Of a stretch of 64,000 nt of DNA, positions 1-9,990 are shown one piece after another. Source of the DNA: an archaeon GW2011_AR15 (lineage in GTDB: Archaea > Nanobdellota > Nanobdellia > Woesearchaeales > GW2011-AR15). The notes beneath the pieces are model-generated. The model made no database searches. It was not told the DNA's origin and saw only the letters and a list, made by a program, of their open reading frames with translations. Each line of letters starts with the position of its first letter. The first letter of the stretch is position 1. The translations under genes and the position numbers were made by a program. Location of the stretch: positions 832,001 to 896,000 of the forward strand of contig CP010425.1 of assembly GCA_000830295.1 (NCBI GenBank). Reading direction: 5' to 3'.

Positions 1-1389
1 AGATATATCTTCAAAAATACAAATATAGACTCTTTTCTTCCTCTCGGCATAGCCCAGCTTTCTGCTGTATTAAAGGAAGGAGGCCATGAGACAAAAGCTG
101 TTGACCTCAGGATTACAAGGAAACTAACCCAGGCGGTCATGGAATTCCAGCCGGACATTATCTCAGTTTCATCATATTTCAGCTCAATAGCCCGTCTTCA
201 GAAGCTGTGCAGGTTCCTGAAATCCAGATTTGATACCCACATTGTTCTTGGCGGAATCCATCCTTCATTATACCCGATTACGATATTTGACGACAATGCC
301 TCAACAGACTACATTCTTGATGACTCCATTGATTTTGTAATAACAGGCGAGGGAGAAGTTGTTTTTCCCCAGCTCCTGGAAAACCTCCAGAAGAAAAAAT
401 TCAGAAACATACCCGGGCTCTATTACAGGAAGAAAAATAAATGGATAAAAAACAAGGGAAGGCCGCTTGTAGAAGACCTTGATAAACTTCCTTTTCCTGA
501 TTTTGATATCTTTGAATTGAAATATTATGTCCCCAATCCAAAACATTACAAAAGGACGCCGGTAATGTCGATGTCAGCAAGCAGGGGCTGCACCTGGGGC
601 AGATGCACTTTCTGCTGGCAGTCGCATCTGGACGGATATTACAGAAAGCAGTCTCCTGAAAGAGTAGTTGCAGAGATAAAGCATGCTGTTGAAAAATATG
701 GGGTCAGGGAGATAAGATTCTGGGATGACACATTCCTCCACAAGCATTCATGGATCTTGAGATTCTGCGACCTGATGATTAAAGAGAAGCTTGGCGTCAT
801 ATGGAGCTGCCACGAGCGTGTCAGCGTGGTTACCCGGGAAATCCTGAAAAAGATGGCCAAAGCAGGATGCTGGCAGGTGCTTTATGGCATTGAGTCAGGG
901 TACAAAGCCCTTCTTCAGGATGTAAATAAGGGGATAACAGTTGAACAGGCAAAAAGGGCAGTAAAATGGACCCAGGATGCAGGCATGGAAGCGAGAGTAT
1001 CTTTTATACTCGGCCTGCCTAATGAAACTCCGGAGATGACAGAGGAAACAATAAGATTCGCAAAAAGCCTTAATGCAGATATAATCCAGTTCAGTCTCAT
1101 GACTCCATATCCCGGGACAAAAATGTATGCAGATATAAAAAATTCAGAGGGGCTCAACAGAAACATATTTGACTATACAGAAATACAGCCGGTTTACCTG
1201 TCCAAAGGATATAGGAGATATAGTGATCTTGAAAAGAAATTCAGGAGAGCATATAGGACAATATACCTTGATCCTGCGTATGTTTTTAGAACTTTAAAGA
1301 AAATAAAAAGCCTTGAGGATATAAAAAGATATTACAGCGGGCTGAAGGCAATGATCGGGCTGAGCTATGGCAGGAGGACCTGGAGTTAA
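1..1389 (+). CDS. Cobalamin-binding (class B) radical SAM protein, 5'-truncated by the window edge
   Basis: Frame is open from base 1 (…LPLGIAQLSAVLKEGGHETKAVDL…), upstream of the ATG called at 139; B12-domain motifs GGIHPS and GEGE; SRGCTWGRCTFC cluster motif; FWDDTF, YGIESG, TPYPGT. Confidence 0.9.
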   Translation, partial: RYIFKNTNIDSFLPLGIAQLSAVLKEGGHETKAVDLRITRKLTQAVMEFQPDIISVSSYFSSIARLQKLCRFLKSRFDTHIVLGGIHPSLYPITIFDDNASTDYILDDSIDFVITGEGEVVFPQLLENLQKKKFRNIPGLYYRKKNKWIKNKGRPLVEDLDKLPFPDFDIFELKYYVPNPKHYKRTPVMSMSASRGCTWGRCTFCWQSHLDGYYRKQSPERVVAEIKHAVEKYGVREIRFWDDTFLHKHSWILRFCDLMIKEKLGVIWSCHERVSVVTREILKKMAKAGCWQVLYGIESGYKALLQDVNKGITVEQAKRAVKWTQDAGMEARVSFILGLPNETPEMTEETIRFAKSLNADIIQFSLMTPYPGTKMYADIKNSEGLNRNIFDYTEIQPVYLSKGYRRYSDLEKKFRRAYRTIYLDPAYVFRTLKKIKSLEDIKRYYSGLKAMIGLSYGRRTWS

Positions 1390-3126
1390 ATGGAAGATTC
1401 AAGGAAGATACATTATTTCTTTTTGGTTCTTGTATTCCTGTTTGGGTGCTACGGGGCATATGTAAATTATAAGGTCCTGCAGGAAGACACTACCCCCTTT
1501 ATTTATGATATCCTGAATAGCTATGTGACAAGCATTGATCATTACAGGTTCCTACAGCAGGGAGATATCATAGGATTTATCAATCATTACATCACTAAAT
1601 ATTCACGGGACTATCCTGCACTTTATATGTTCCAGACTTTTCCTTTCTATGCTATCTTTGGGATCAGCGAAGATGCCGCAGCTATGTCCAATACAATTTA
1701 TCTTTTCATCCTTCTATTTTCAGTATATTTCATAGGAAAGAAAATGAAGAATTCCTATGCAGGTTTTCTTTCAGCTTCAATAGTACTCTTCATTCCCGGA
1801 GTGCTGTCTTTCTCCAGGGTTTACCTTCCTGACTTCGGTCTTGCAGCATTTTTTCTGTTAAGCCTGGCTCTTTTCCTTTATTCTGACTTTTTTAGAGATA
1901 GGAAGTACTCTATCCTTTTTGGGGCCTCTGCAGGGCTTGGCATGCTCATCAAATATACCTTTTTTGTGTATATTGGAGTGGCTCTGTTCATATTATACTT
2001 AAGGCATCTTAAGAACGAAAAAAAACTTCTTCTCACTAAACAGCAAAGAAGCAATCTCATGATTTCACTGTCTATTGCAGTTTTATTTATGCTATTGTGG
2101 TACCCCATGAATTTTTTAAATGCTCTTGGGTATATCACAAGAAAATCTTCTTATGATGCTACTGTGGCATTTAATGATACAGGCATATTTCAAAGATGGA
2201 ATCTTGTAATGGATAGGTATGTCTTTGAGATGAATGACATGCTGGCGGGATTTGTTTATCCTGTTTTTTTGATAATAGTATTATTACTCCTGGAAAAAGT
2301 TTTTTCCCGCCGAAAGACCCAGGAAAAGAAAACAATAGAACTGCAAGACCTGGTCTACATCTCACTTATTATTTTTTTATTCTCCCTGAATTCCACGGCA
2401 TCTGTAAGATATCTAATATTTATGCTGCCTTTTGCAGCCCTGCTCATTGGAGTTTACATATACACTAAATTTGATATTTTTCTCGGTTATTTTAAGAACA
2501 GGAATGAGACAAAATTCATGGTATTTGTGCTTCTTGTACTCCTTCTTGTATCATCAGCAGGCTCATATTACAGCGCATGGCTTGAACAAAAAAAACCTGC
2601 AGAAATAGCAGATGACATATTCATATATGGACTCCAGGTGCCAAAACACCACCATAATAAGCATATAGAAATTATTGAAGCAATAAACAGAAGAATGGAA
2701 GGACTCAACGGCCTTTCTGTGCTTTCATTCCAGGAGTCTGAGGTTATGTATATTGTATCTCATTCCAAGCACCTGTCGGGCTACGGCTATGAATTTCCGC
2801 CTGCCTGCCTTACGACTCCAGATTACGTCGACAGGGGAAGCTGTTATATCCCGGAGGAAATAAACTGCGATTGGTATTTCCTGCAGAATGATATTATAAT
2901 AGACTCAGACATCCATACAAGCATAAAGACGGCTGAAGTATGGGCCAAGTTCCCTGAAAGAAAAGAAATCCTGGACGAGATTCTTAATGTGTGGGAAAGC
3001 TGCAAGGAAAATTATATCCTGGCGGAAACAATAGAGGATGTGCCTGTTTTAACAAGCTATATCCCCAGAGAGTATACAAATTCGACATTGTATCTGTATG
3101 TGAAAAAATCCAAGCTTAGTTCTTAA
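1390..3126 (+). CDS. Multi-TM GT-C fold glycosyltransferase (ArnT/PMT-like)
   Basis: About 11-12 hydrophobic segments; YPALY loop, SRVYLPD, GLGMLIKY and RYLIFMLP motifs typical of ArnT/PMT-like proteins; soluble C-terminal domain. Confidence 0.75.
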   Translation: MEDSRKIHYFFLVLVFLFGCYGAYVNYKVLQEDTTPFIYDILNSYVTSIDHYRFLQQGDIIGFINHYITKYSRDYPALYMFQTFPFYAIFGISEDAAAMSNTIYLFILLFSVYFIGKKMKNSYAGFLSASIVLFIPGVLSFSRVYLPDFGLAAFFLLSLALFLYSDFFRDRKYSILFGASAGLGMLIKYTFFVYIGVALFILYLRHLKNEKKLLLTKQQRSNLMISLSIAVLFMLLWYPMNFLNALGYITRKSSYDATVAFNDTGIFQRWNLVMDRYVFEMNDMLAGFVYPVFLIIVLLLLEKVFSRRKTQEKKTIELQDLVYISLIIFLFSLNSTASVRYLIFMLPFAALLIGVYIYTKFDIFLGYFKNRNETKFMVFVLLVLLLVSSAGSYYSAWLEQKKPAEIADDIFIYGLQVPKHHHNKHIEIIEAINRRMEGLNGLSVLSFQESEVMYIVSHSKHLSGYGYEFPPACLTTPDYVDRGSCYIPEEINCDWYFLQNDIIIDSDIHTSIKTAEVWAKFPERKEILDEILNVWESCKENYILAETIEDVPVLTSYIPREYTNSTLYLYVKKSKLSS

Positions 3127-4519
3127 TCATGCTTATGCCGGCTTTAACATATCTCTCCAGCTCAGGAAGAGACTGCACTCTTGACAGCGTCCTCAGAACA
3201 AAAGAAGGCCTGAAATAGAACTCCATGTATGCTTTCTTTATCCACCTGTTAAGCTCTTTATCAGACATTCCGCATCTTAGCCTTGGAAGAGGATGCTCAA
3301 CTCCTCTGTCTTTCACATATTCCCTCCAGTAATCATATCCCATCTCAGACTTGAGCTCTTCATACATTGTCGTGCCAGGGAGGGTGCTTAATCTGTTGAA
3401 CTGGGCATAGTCAAGCGGGAGGGATTTTGCAAGGTTTATTGTATTTCTTATTGATTGCCTTGTTTCCCCCGGATTGCCAAACATGAAGTAGCCGAAAGCA
3501 AGTATCCTGTGCTTTTTCGTCAGGTAAATTGCTTTTCTTATCTGCTGCTTTTTTGTGAATTTTTTTATGTTTCTTAAGATCTGTTCATCCCCTGATTCAA
3601 TGCCGAAGTAGATCCTATAGCAGCCTGCCTTCTTCATCTCTATCAGCATCTCTTCATCTATTGTGTCAACCCTTGACCTGCAGGACCAGGCAATTCTTAT
3701 CTTTCTTTTTTGTATTTCCATGCATATCTCTATTACCCTTTTCTTGTTTATTGTAAACAGAGGATCAAAAACATCGATTTCCCTTACTTTGTACCTGTAA
3801 TAGCATTCTTCCATCTCATCAGCAACATTCTTTGCGCTCCTGTACCTTATGTCGCCGCTTCTCTGCTCGCAGAAAGTGCACTGGAAAGTGCAGCCTCTGC
3901 TGGACATCAGGATTGTGTAATTCCTGTATTTTGAGATGAATGAATAATATTTGCTCATCGGGAGGAGATTCCTTGCCGGGAAAGGTATACTGTCGAGGTC
4001 TTTTATCTTCTCCCTTGGTTCCGTCAACACAATTTTTTTATTTTCCCTGTAACATATCCCTTTTACGGTTTTCAATGATTTTTTCTTCTCTATCTTTCCA
4101 AGAACCTCAATAATGGACTTTTCAGCCTCTCCGACAATGCCGATATCTATCACCTTTTTTAGCAGGGTTTCTTTAGGGAACAAGGTGACATGCTGTCCTC
4201 CTACAATAACTTTTGCGGGCCATTTTTCCCTGAAATAGCCAATTACCCTGGCTGTCTCGTGAAAAAGGTAGGTTGTGACTGTGAACATCATTATATCCGG
4301 CCTGAATTTTATTACTCTTTCAGCCATGTCATTTAGAGAATAGCCTGAAGCCATCCCGTCAAGAAAAATAAGCTCGTGGCCTGCTTTCTGCAGTGCCCCT
4401 GCAACATAGGCCAGGCTGATATTCGGGTAGATACCATAGTTGTCTGCAACCGCCTTTATATTCGGCTGATTGACTACCGAGACAACTCCAAAAGCAGGGT
4501 AAATAAGCGCAATCCTCAT
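3116..4519 (-). CDS. Cobalamin-binding radical SAM protein
   Basis: YPNISLAY, GGQHVT, GEAE; SRGCTFQCTFC; FGIESG. Confidence 0.9.
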   Translation of the reverse strand: MRIALIYPAFGVVSVVNQPNIKAVADNYGIYPNISLAYVAGALQKAGHELIFLDGMASGYSLNDMAERVIKFRPDIMMFTVTTYLFHETARVIGYFREKWPAKVIVGGQHVTLFPKETLLKKVIDIGIVGEAEKSIIEVLGKIEKKKSLKTVKGICYRENKKIVLTEPREKIKDLDSIPFPARNLLPMSKYYSFISKYRNYTILMSSRGCTFQCTFCEQRSGDIRYRSAKNVADEMEECYYRYKVREIDVFDPLFTINKKRVIEICMEIQKRKIRIAWSCRSRVDTIDEEMLIEMKKAGCYRIYFGIESGDEQILRNIKKFTKKQQIRKAIYLTKKHRILAFGYFMFGNPGETRQSIRNTINLAKSLPLDYAQFNRLSTLPGTTMYEELKSEMGYDYWREYVKDRGVEHPLPRLRCGMSDKELNRWIKKAYMEFYFRPSFVLRTLSRVQSLPELERYVKAGISMIKN

Positions 4520-4557
4520 AACATGATTATAATATTTTAAACTATAAAAGACTATTG

Positions 4558-4764
4558 CTAGTCAAGATATCCGAGGGATTTCAGCCTTTCTGCAATCTCA
4601 GTCTGGTTGTATTCTCTGCTTTCACCGGTGTAGTTGGTATCTTGATTGCCTTTATTTCTCAGCAAATAGACAATCTCCTCTTTGTTACTATAAACGAACA
4701 GAGAGATAATTACCAGGAATAAAATTACAGCGATTATAATCAATTTTTTTATTGAGTGTTCCAT
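4558..4764 (-). CDS. Small membrane-anchored protein ending in RLKSLGYLD
   Basis: 68 aa, one N-terminal TM segment, overlaps the upstream gene by 16 bp; C-terminal motif shared with neighbouring genes. Confidence 0.7.
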   Translation of the reverse strand: MEHSIKKLIIIAVILFLVIISLFVYSNKEEIVYLLRNKGNQDTNYTGESREYNQTEIAERLKSLGYLD

Positions 4765-5948
4765 ATTCCCATTAGCCTGTTAATCCTTTCTTTCTCCATT
4801 CTGGACGACCGGTATATAGTCTCCCTTTTTCCCTGCCTGTTGAAATAAGGGAACCAGTATTCCCATACAATCTCTTTATCCGGGGTGACTTCTATTACAT
4901 GGCCTTTCTCGCTCTCTGAAATCAATGTGTTCCCATTAGGCAGCCTCTGGACAGAGCCCATAGACTCGCTGAAAAAGCTGTCAGGCGGATTGCCTGTATA
5001 ATTCCAGACAATCTCCTGCTTCAGCGGGTCCAGCTCAAGCACTCTGGAATAATCTCTCGTTTCTCCTCCGTTGTCAAAAAGGAGTATGTTTCCGTTTGCC
5101 AGCATCGTAGGCATATGAGTGCCTTCCAGAAAATCAGGCCCTGATGCCCACACAATCTCTTTTGAATCTTTATCCAGGATAATCAGCAGGTTGACATTAT
5201 GCAGGCTCAAAAGCATGTTTCCCTGCTGAAACCTGCTGTCTGTCTGGTCCAGGCTATTTTCAGGCAGCTCCTGGACAGAGTTTATGTGATAATAGTCATA
5301 TATATCTATATTGTCATCTTCTTTGGCAAACAATTTTGCCCATATGTATTCCGGAATTTCAAGGCTGGATTCATAATGGCGTTTTCTAATCTCATCAAAA
5401 TGGTCAAATGTTGACCACCTGTCTATTGTCTCCCCGGTTTCAGATATTCTTATTATGCTGTCAAATAATACTTTTCTGCCCTTATAGGCTTTCTTTTCCC
5501 TTGATATTGTCAGGAAAGTGTGATTGTATGACCTCCTCATGTCATGGTGAATCATTATGTTTTTTTTCAAGAGCAATGAAAAATTTTTGTCATATAGTGC
5601 AAAATAGTTGTCATTGCCTCCCCAATCCCCGTCAGCTACTACCCCGTCATCAAATAATATCTGCAGGTTCCCGTCTCCGGGGAGAGTCACCAAAAGGTTG
5701 CCTTCCATATCGATTATAAACCTGCCGTCAACTACAGTGTAGCCGTCATATGCCCTGTCTTTGTCATAAAGCACAACTCCAGACAGGTTCCTGTCCTGCA
5801 CATCTTCTGTGTATTCCAGATAAGGAAGAGACCTTAATTTCTCAAGCCCGAGCTGGGACCTATACTCAGCTTCCATATATGAAGAAAACACTGAAAAGAG
5901 TCCAAATAGGATGAGCAGCACAATGCCGAAGATAAGTATCCTTTTCAT
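4749..5948 (-). CDS. Arylsulfotransferase (ASST-like beta-propeller), membrane-anchored
   Basis: N-terminal TM; IHHD, YHINSV, THMPTML..GNILLFDNG, SRVLELDP, GSVQRLPNGNTLI propeller repeats. Confidence 0.85.
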   Translation of the reverse strand: MKRILIFGIVLLILFGLFSVFSSYMEAEYRSQLGLEKLRSLPYLEYTEDVQDRNLSGVVLYDKDRAYDGYTVVDGRFIIDMEGNLLVTLPGDGNLQILFDDGVVADGDWGGNDNYFALYDKNFSLLLKKNIMIHHDMRRSYNHTFLTISREKKAYKGRKVLFDSIIRISETGETIDRWSTFDHFDEIRKRHYESSLEIPEYIWAKLFAKEDDNIDIYDYYHINSVQELPENSLDQTDSRFQQGNMLLSLHNVNLLIILDKDSKEIVWASGPDFLEGTHMPTMLANGNILLFDNGGETRDYSRVLELDPLKQEIVWNYTGNPPDSFFSESMGSVQRLPNGNTLISESEKGHVIEVTPDKEIVWEYWFPYFNRQGKRETIYRSSRMEKERINRLMGIWNTQ

Positions 5949-5949
5949 A

Positions 5950-6756
5950 TTACATATAGCCGAGGCTTCTCAGTTTCTGCATATTATATTCTTTCTCTGT
6001 GTCCCTGCCCTGCCTTTCTGAGTTTCTGTCTTTGTCTATCTCCTTTATTATTTTGTCGATTGTATCTGCTCTGGATTTTACAGGGGAAGAGCAGCATTTG
6101 CAGCCGATGCTCCTGAACCTTTTCCCGTCTTTGGCAAAATACAGATTCACGACAGGGATATTCTCTTTTTTTATGTATTGCCAGATATCCAGCTCTGTCC
6201 AGTGGAGTAAAGGGTGTATCCTCACATGGTTGGAGTCTTTGAATTCTGTTGCATATATATCCCATCCTGACAGTTCTGCATCCTGAGCTGAGCCTATGCC
6301 TGCTTCATTCTTCTCTTCTTTCGTGACATTCCACCTGAATTCCCTGTCTCTTGGGGAGAAATATCTTTCCATGCCCCTTATTGAATTCTCGTCTCTCCTT
6401 ATGCCTACTATAACTGCATCGAATTTGTGCTTTTCAATCTCCTTTTTCAGTATCTCGGTTTTTCTTGACGTGCATGTTTTTTCTTTGAACTTTTCTTCGC
6501 TTTTCCCGACCACCAGGTCAAGTTTCCACTCTTTTGCAATCCTGTCCCTGAATTCATATGTTTCCTCATACTCTGTTTCAGTATCTATGTGCAGGACTTT
6601 GAAGGGGATCTCGTCGTAGAATGCTTTTCTGCAGAGATACAGCAATGTAGTGGAATCTTTCCCTATGCTCCACAGCACAACAGGGTTCTTAAATCTCTTC
6701 TTTACTTCCCGGAGTATGAAGATTGATTTGCTTTCTAAATCCTTCAAATTTGCCAT
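5950..6756 (-). CDS. cysD: Sulfate adenylyltransferase subunit 2 (PAPS reductase-like fold)
   Basis: WSIGKDS PP-loop, HIDT, GIRRDE..R..ERYFSPR, RIHPLLHWTELDIWQYI, RFRSIGC. Confidence 0.88.
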   Translation of the reverse strand: MANLKDLESKSIFILREVKKRFKNPVVLWSIGKDSTTLLYLCRKAFYDEIPFKVLHIDTETEYEETYEFRDRIAKEWKLDLVVGKSEEKFKEKTCTSRKTEILKKEIEKHKFDAVIVGIRRDENSIRGMERYFSPRDREFRWNVTKEEKNEAGIGSAQDAELSGWDIYATEFKDSNHVRIHPLLHWTELDIWQYIKKENIPVVNLYFAKDGKRFRSIGCKCCSSPVKSRADTIDKIIKEIDKDRNSERQGRDTEKEYNMQKLRSLGYM

Positions 6757-6802
6757 TGGATAAATTATTCTATATCTGGTTTATCAATCTTTCTTTTTGA
6801 TT

Positions 6803-8089
6803 TTAAATGAGATATCCAAGGGAGAGAATTCTTTTTCTGATCTCATCACTTACATCATGCTCCCTTTCCGCAATTCCTATCTTTTCCCTGAGTTTGTCAT
6901 TCCTCTGCAAAAACTTGAGGTATTCATCTTCAAATCTTTTGCCCGGATACAGCAGGCTATTTTTTTCAAGAGGGTCATTGGAAAGGTTGTAGTATTCAAA
7001 GTAATCGGGCCTTAATATATATTTTTCAGTTTCAGTCCTTATCGAGATTCCGCCCCTTGTTTCTGTAAAGAGAAATTCATGGAGCCTGTCTTTTTTTCCT
7101 GCAATTAAATCATATGTGCTTTTTCCCTGGAATGTTTTTGGCAACCTGTATCCGAGCGTATGCAGTATTGTTGGTGCGATATCCAGGGACTGGACCTGGG
7201 CAGTGATTCTTTTTACATTTACATCAACTTCTTCAGGAAACCTTATTATCATGGGGACTTTGATTATCTCCTCATACGGGTCGCCAAGCCCGTGGCCTAT
7301 TTTTCCGTGCTCCAGGAATTCTTCCCCATGGTCTGATGTGAAAATTAGTATTGTATTGTCCAGAAGTTCAAGTTCTTCCAGCTTACTATATAACCTTCCA
7401 ATATACTGGTCATATTCATGCAGCTCAGAATCATAGGCGTTTTTTATTATTTCAACATCACTTTCATTTAATATGCTGAATTCCTCTTCCTCCCACAAAT
7501 CAAAATCAGGCTTGCTCATGTTTAGTATCTTGCTCGGCTGGTTGTATACATGAGTGTCATATGAATGTATGAAAAGGAAAAACCTCCTGTCTTTCACTTC
7601 CTCAAGATGCTTTATCAGCTTTGGGTAAAAATCAGAAAAGGACTGCCCTTCTTCATCATCAAAGAAATCAAATCCTTGGTCGTATCCGAAGTCCCTGCTG
7701 ACAAAAACATCCCCGGTATAGCCGAAGGTGTAGTATCCCTTTCCCCGCAGGAACTTCTGTATTGTCATTGTGTTCGGGTTTATGAAATTGTCAACTGAGA
7801 GGACGCCGTGTGCTGAGCCGTATAAAGAAGCCAGCATGCTCACATGCGAAGGCAGGGTCCAGTCATAATTCACAAAGGCATTCTCGAACAATACGCCTTT
7901 TTCAGCCAGCCTGTCTATGTTTGGGGTCACATTGCTGTTTCCATAGGCTCCAAGACGGTCTGCCCTTAGGGTATCCTCGGATATCAGGATTACATTATAC
8001 TCCTTTGGCTTTTGGATTACATCTGCAATTACAGTTATAGAGATTACGACAGTTATAAGCAGGAAAAAGAAAATCAGGACTTTTTTCAT
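6803..8089 (-). CDS. Sulfatase-like hydrolase/transferase (no formylglycine CxPxR motif)
   Basis: N-terminal TM; DTLRAD, TPNIDRLA, WTLPSH, TSDHGEEF, DIAPT; C-terminal RILSLGYLI. Confidence 0.85.
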   Translation of the reverse strand: MKKVLIFFFLLITVVISITVIADVIQKPKEYNVILISEDTLRADRLGAYGNSNVTPNIDRLAEKGVLFENAFVNYDWTLPSHVSMLASLYGSAHGVLSVDNFINPNTMTIQKFLRGKGYYTFGYTGDVFVSRDFGYDQGFDFFDDEEGQSFSDFYPKLIKHLEEVKDRRFFLFIHSYDTHVYNQPSKILNMSKPDFDLWEEEEFSILNESDVEIIKNAYDSELHEYDQYIGRLYSKLEELELLDNTILIFTSDHGEEFLEHGKIGHGLGDPYEEIIKVPMIIRFPEEVDVNVKRITAQVQSLDIAPTILHTLGYRLPKTFQGKSTYDLIAGKKDRLHEFLFTETRGGISIRTETEKYILRPDYFEYYNLSNDPLEKNSLLYPGKRFEDEYLKFLQRNDKLREKIGIAEREHDVSDEIRKRILSLGYLI

Positions 8090-9990
8090 TTTAAGAGAGG
8101 CTTGCCGTCAATCTGCTCTGGCATACTTATATTCAGGAAATTCAGCACCGTCGGCGCAATGTCAACAAGGCTGGCTGAGTCCTGATTGATCTGTTTATTT
8201 GAAAACAAGACACCAGGCACAAATGTCGGGTCTATAAGATGGTCTCCCTGCCATTTTTTTGTGTTGTCAAGTATTGCATTCCTCGTGAATCCGCCGATTG
8301 CGGACTGCCATTCCATCCTGTATCCCGGATTGAAGCCTATTATGAGGTCAGGGGCATTCTCAAGCGAGTCTCCGGAATAGATGTCTCCTCTCCTGTAAAC
8401 CTTATTTATAACTTTCCTTCCTGTTTTTGGGTCTGTCAGATTTTCAAGCTTTTCAATTATCTCATTTTCCACTGCCTCTTTATCATCTATGCTTACTGTC
8501 CCGTGCTTTTCCCTTCCTTCAAGATTTATGTATATGCTGGAGAAGCCGACAGAATATGCTTTTGTCTCATCCCATATCACATACTCAAACAGGCTGTCTT
8601 CCACACCCTGCTTTATTACTGTGTTAAGCTTCATGAATCCGTTCTGGGAAAGCCAGGTGTTTATGTTGACAGCGCGCTCAAATGAGCTGAATCCGTGGTC
8701 TGAAAAAATCAGGACCATGGTGTCATTGCCTACTTCTTTCATTATCTTGCCAAGCAGCTCGTCTTTCCTCATATAGTAGCCTGTGAGGACCTCATTCATG
8801 ACAATCTCATCAGAGATGTTGGTCAGCACTTTGTTGTCCCAGAAAAGATGCTGCAGCCTGTCAGATGAATCAAATGCAAATGCCAGCACACCGGTTTCCT
8901 TCTCCTTGAATTCATTGAATTCTTTCCAGAACATGGCTTCCCTTTCCTTTTCTATTTCATAGACCTGGCTGAGGAATGCTTTTTCATCTAGGAAGCCGTT
9001 TACATATCCATCGGTTTCTTCAGGCATCCCTAAAGTGTAATACAGCCCGAGCTCATCTGCCAGCTCCTTTGCATAACCTTTGGGTGAAGAAATATCAACA
9101 ATGGGGTTTGTCGGGTCAATCTGGACTGTTGTTATGTACATCTGGAAGGGTTCAGTGCTTATCAGGTATGCCTTGAACATGCCGTGCACACTCCTGAGGA
9201 AACCGGCATCAAACTTCACTTTTACCCAGTCGCTCCATTTCTCCCTGTCCAGCTGGTACTCCCTTCCGTCTATGGTTAGTATGGCAGAATATTCGTCTGT
9301 TATTTCAATATCCATGCCTTCTTTTACGTCCTCTATTTTGCTGAATTTCCTGACTTTTGGGCCGAGGACATTGGTGTGAATTGACGAGCCTTCTTTTGTT
9401 ACATGTATTACTTTCTGCTTGTCTATATCTTCTTCTGTGTAGAAAGCATAGCCGCTCAGGAACCCCTTTATGTCAGGGACTCCAAGGCCCGAGAACAGGT
9501 TTCCATTAACCTTTTCAGGCGGAAAAGTTGCAGGCCACCTTATTACTGAAGTCGGAATTCCTGCCTTGCTTGTAAGTTCCCAGAAAGGGGTTGCCCTTAT
9601 CAGAGAGGCATAGCTTCCTCCGAATCCTTTCTGGCTTGTTATTGAAAGCTCAGGGAGGTAGGTCTGCGGATCCCTTATTATGAAATCAAACATATTGTGC
9701 TTCCCAGGATTTGTCCCTGTGGAGATTGAAGTCCAGGCAACAGGGCTTTCAGGAGGATTGCTTGTTTCAAGCTTCAGGAATGCACCTGTTTCAGCCAGTT
9801 TCTTGAAATTTGGAAGTTTTCCTTCTGCCATAAGCTTGGCAGTTGCCTTATAATCCATGGCATCTATCCCAATAAGAAGAACCTTGCCTTTTGGACTGAT
9901 TTTATCTCCCCCCTTTGAAAGCGCAAATATGAAATACAGGATAACTACAATAACCACGACGTTAATAAACCTTTTTAATGCCTTATTCAT
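8086..9990 (-). CDS. Alkaline phosphatase superfamily protein (type I phosphodiesterase/nucleotide pyrophosphatase-like)
   Basis: IGIDAMD, PPESPVAWTSISTGTNPGKH, DRLQHLFW, SDHGF, GDH, DIAPT. Confidence 0.85.
   Translation of the reverse strand: MNKALKRFINVVVIVVILYFIFALSKGGDKISPKGKVLLIGIDAMDYKATAKLMAEGKLPNFKKLAETGAFLKLETSNPPESPVAWTSISTGTNPGKHNMFDFIIRDPQTYLPELSITSQKGFGGSYASLIRATPFWELTSKAGIPTSVIRWPATFPPEKVNGNLFSGLGVPDIKGFLSGYAFYTEEDIDKQKVIHVTKEGSSIHTNVLGPKVRKFSKIEDVKEGMDIEITDEYSAILTIDGREYQLDREKWSDWVKVKFDAGFLRSVHGMFKAYLISTEPFQMYITTVQIDPTNPIVDISSPKGYAKELADELGLYYTLGMPEETDGYVNGFLDEKAFLSQVYEIEKEREAMFWKEFNEFKEKETGVLAFAFDSSDRLQHLFWDNKVLTNISDEIVMNEVLTGYYMRKDELLGKIMKEVGNDTMVLIFSDHGFSSFERAVNINTWLSQNGFMKLNTVIKQGVEDSLFEYVIWDETKAYSVGFSSIYINLEGREKHGTVSIDDKEAVENEIIEKLENLTDPKTGRKVINKVYRRGDIYSGDSLENAPDLIIGFNPGYRMEWQSAIGGFTRNAILDNTKKWQGDHLIDPTFVPGVLFSNKQINQDSASLVDIAPTVLNFLNISMPEQIDGKPLLK

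Noticed and set aside
580-615. Non-standard Cx4Cx2C radical SAM motif
   Set aside because: The RGCxWxxCxFC spacing is a familiar variant among cobalamin-binding radical SAM proteins
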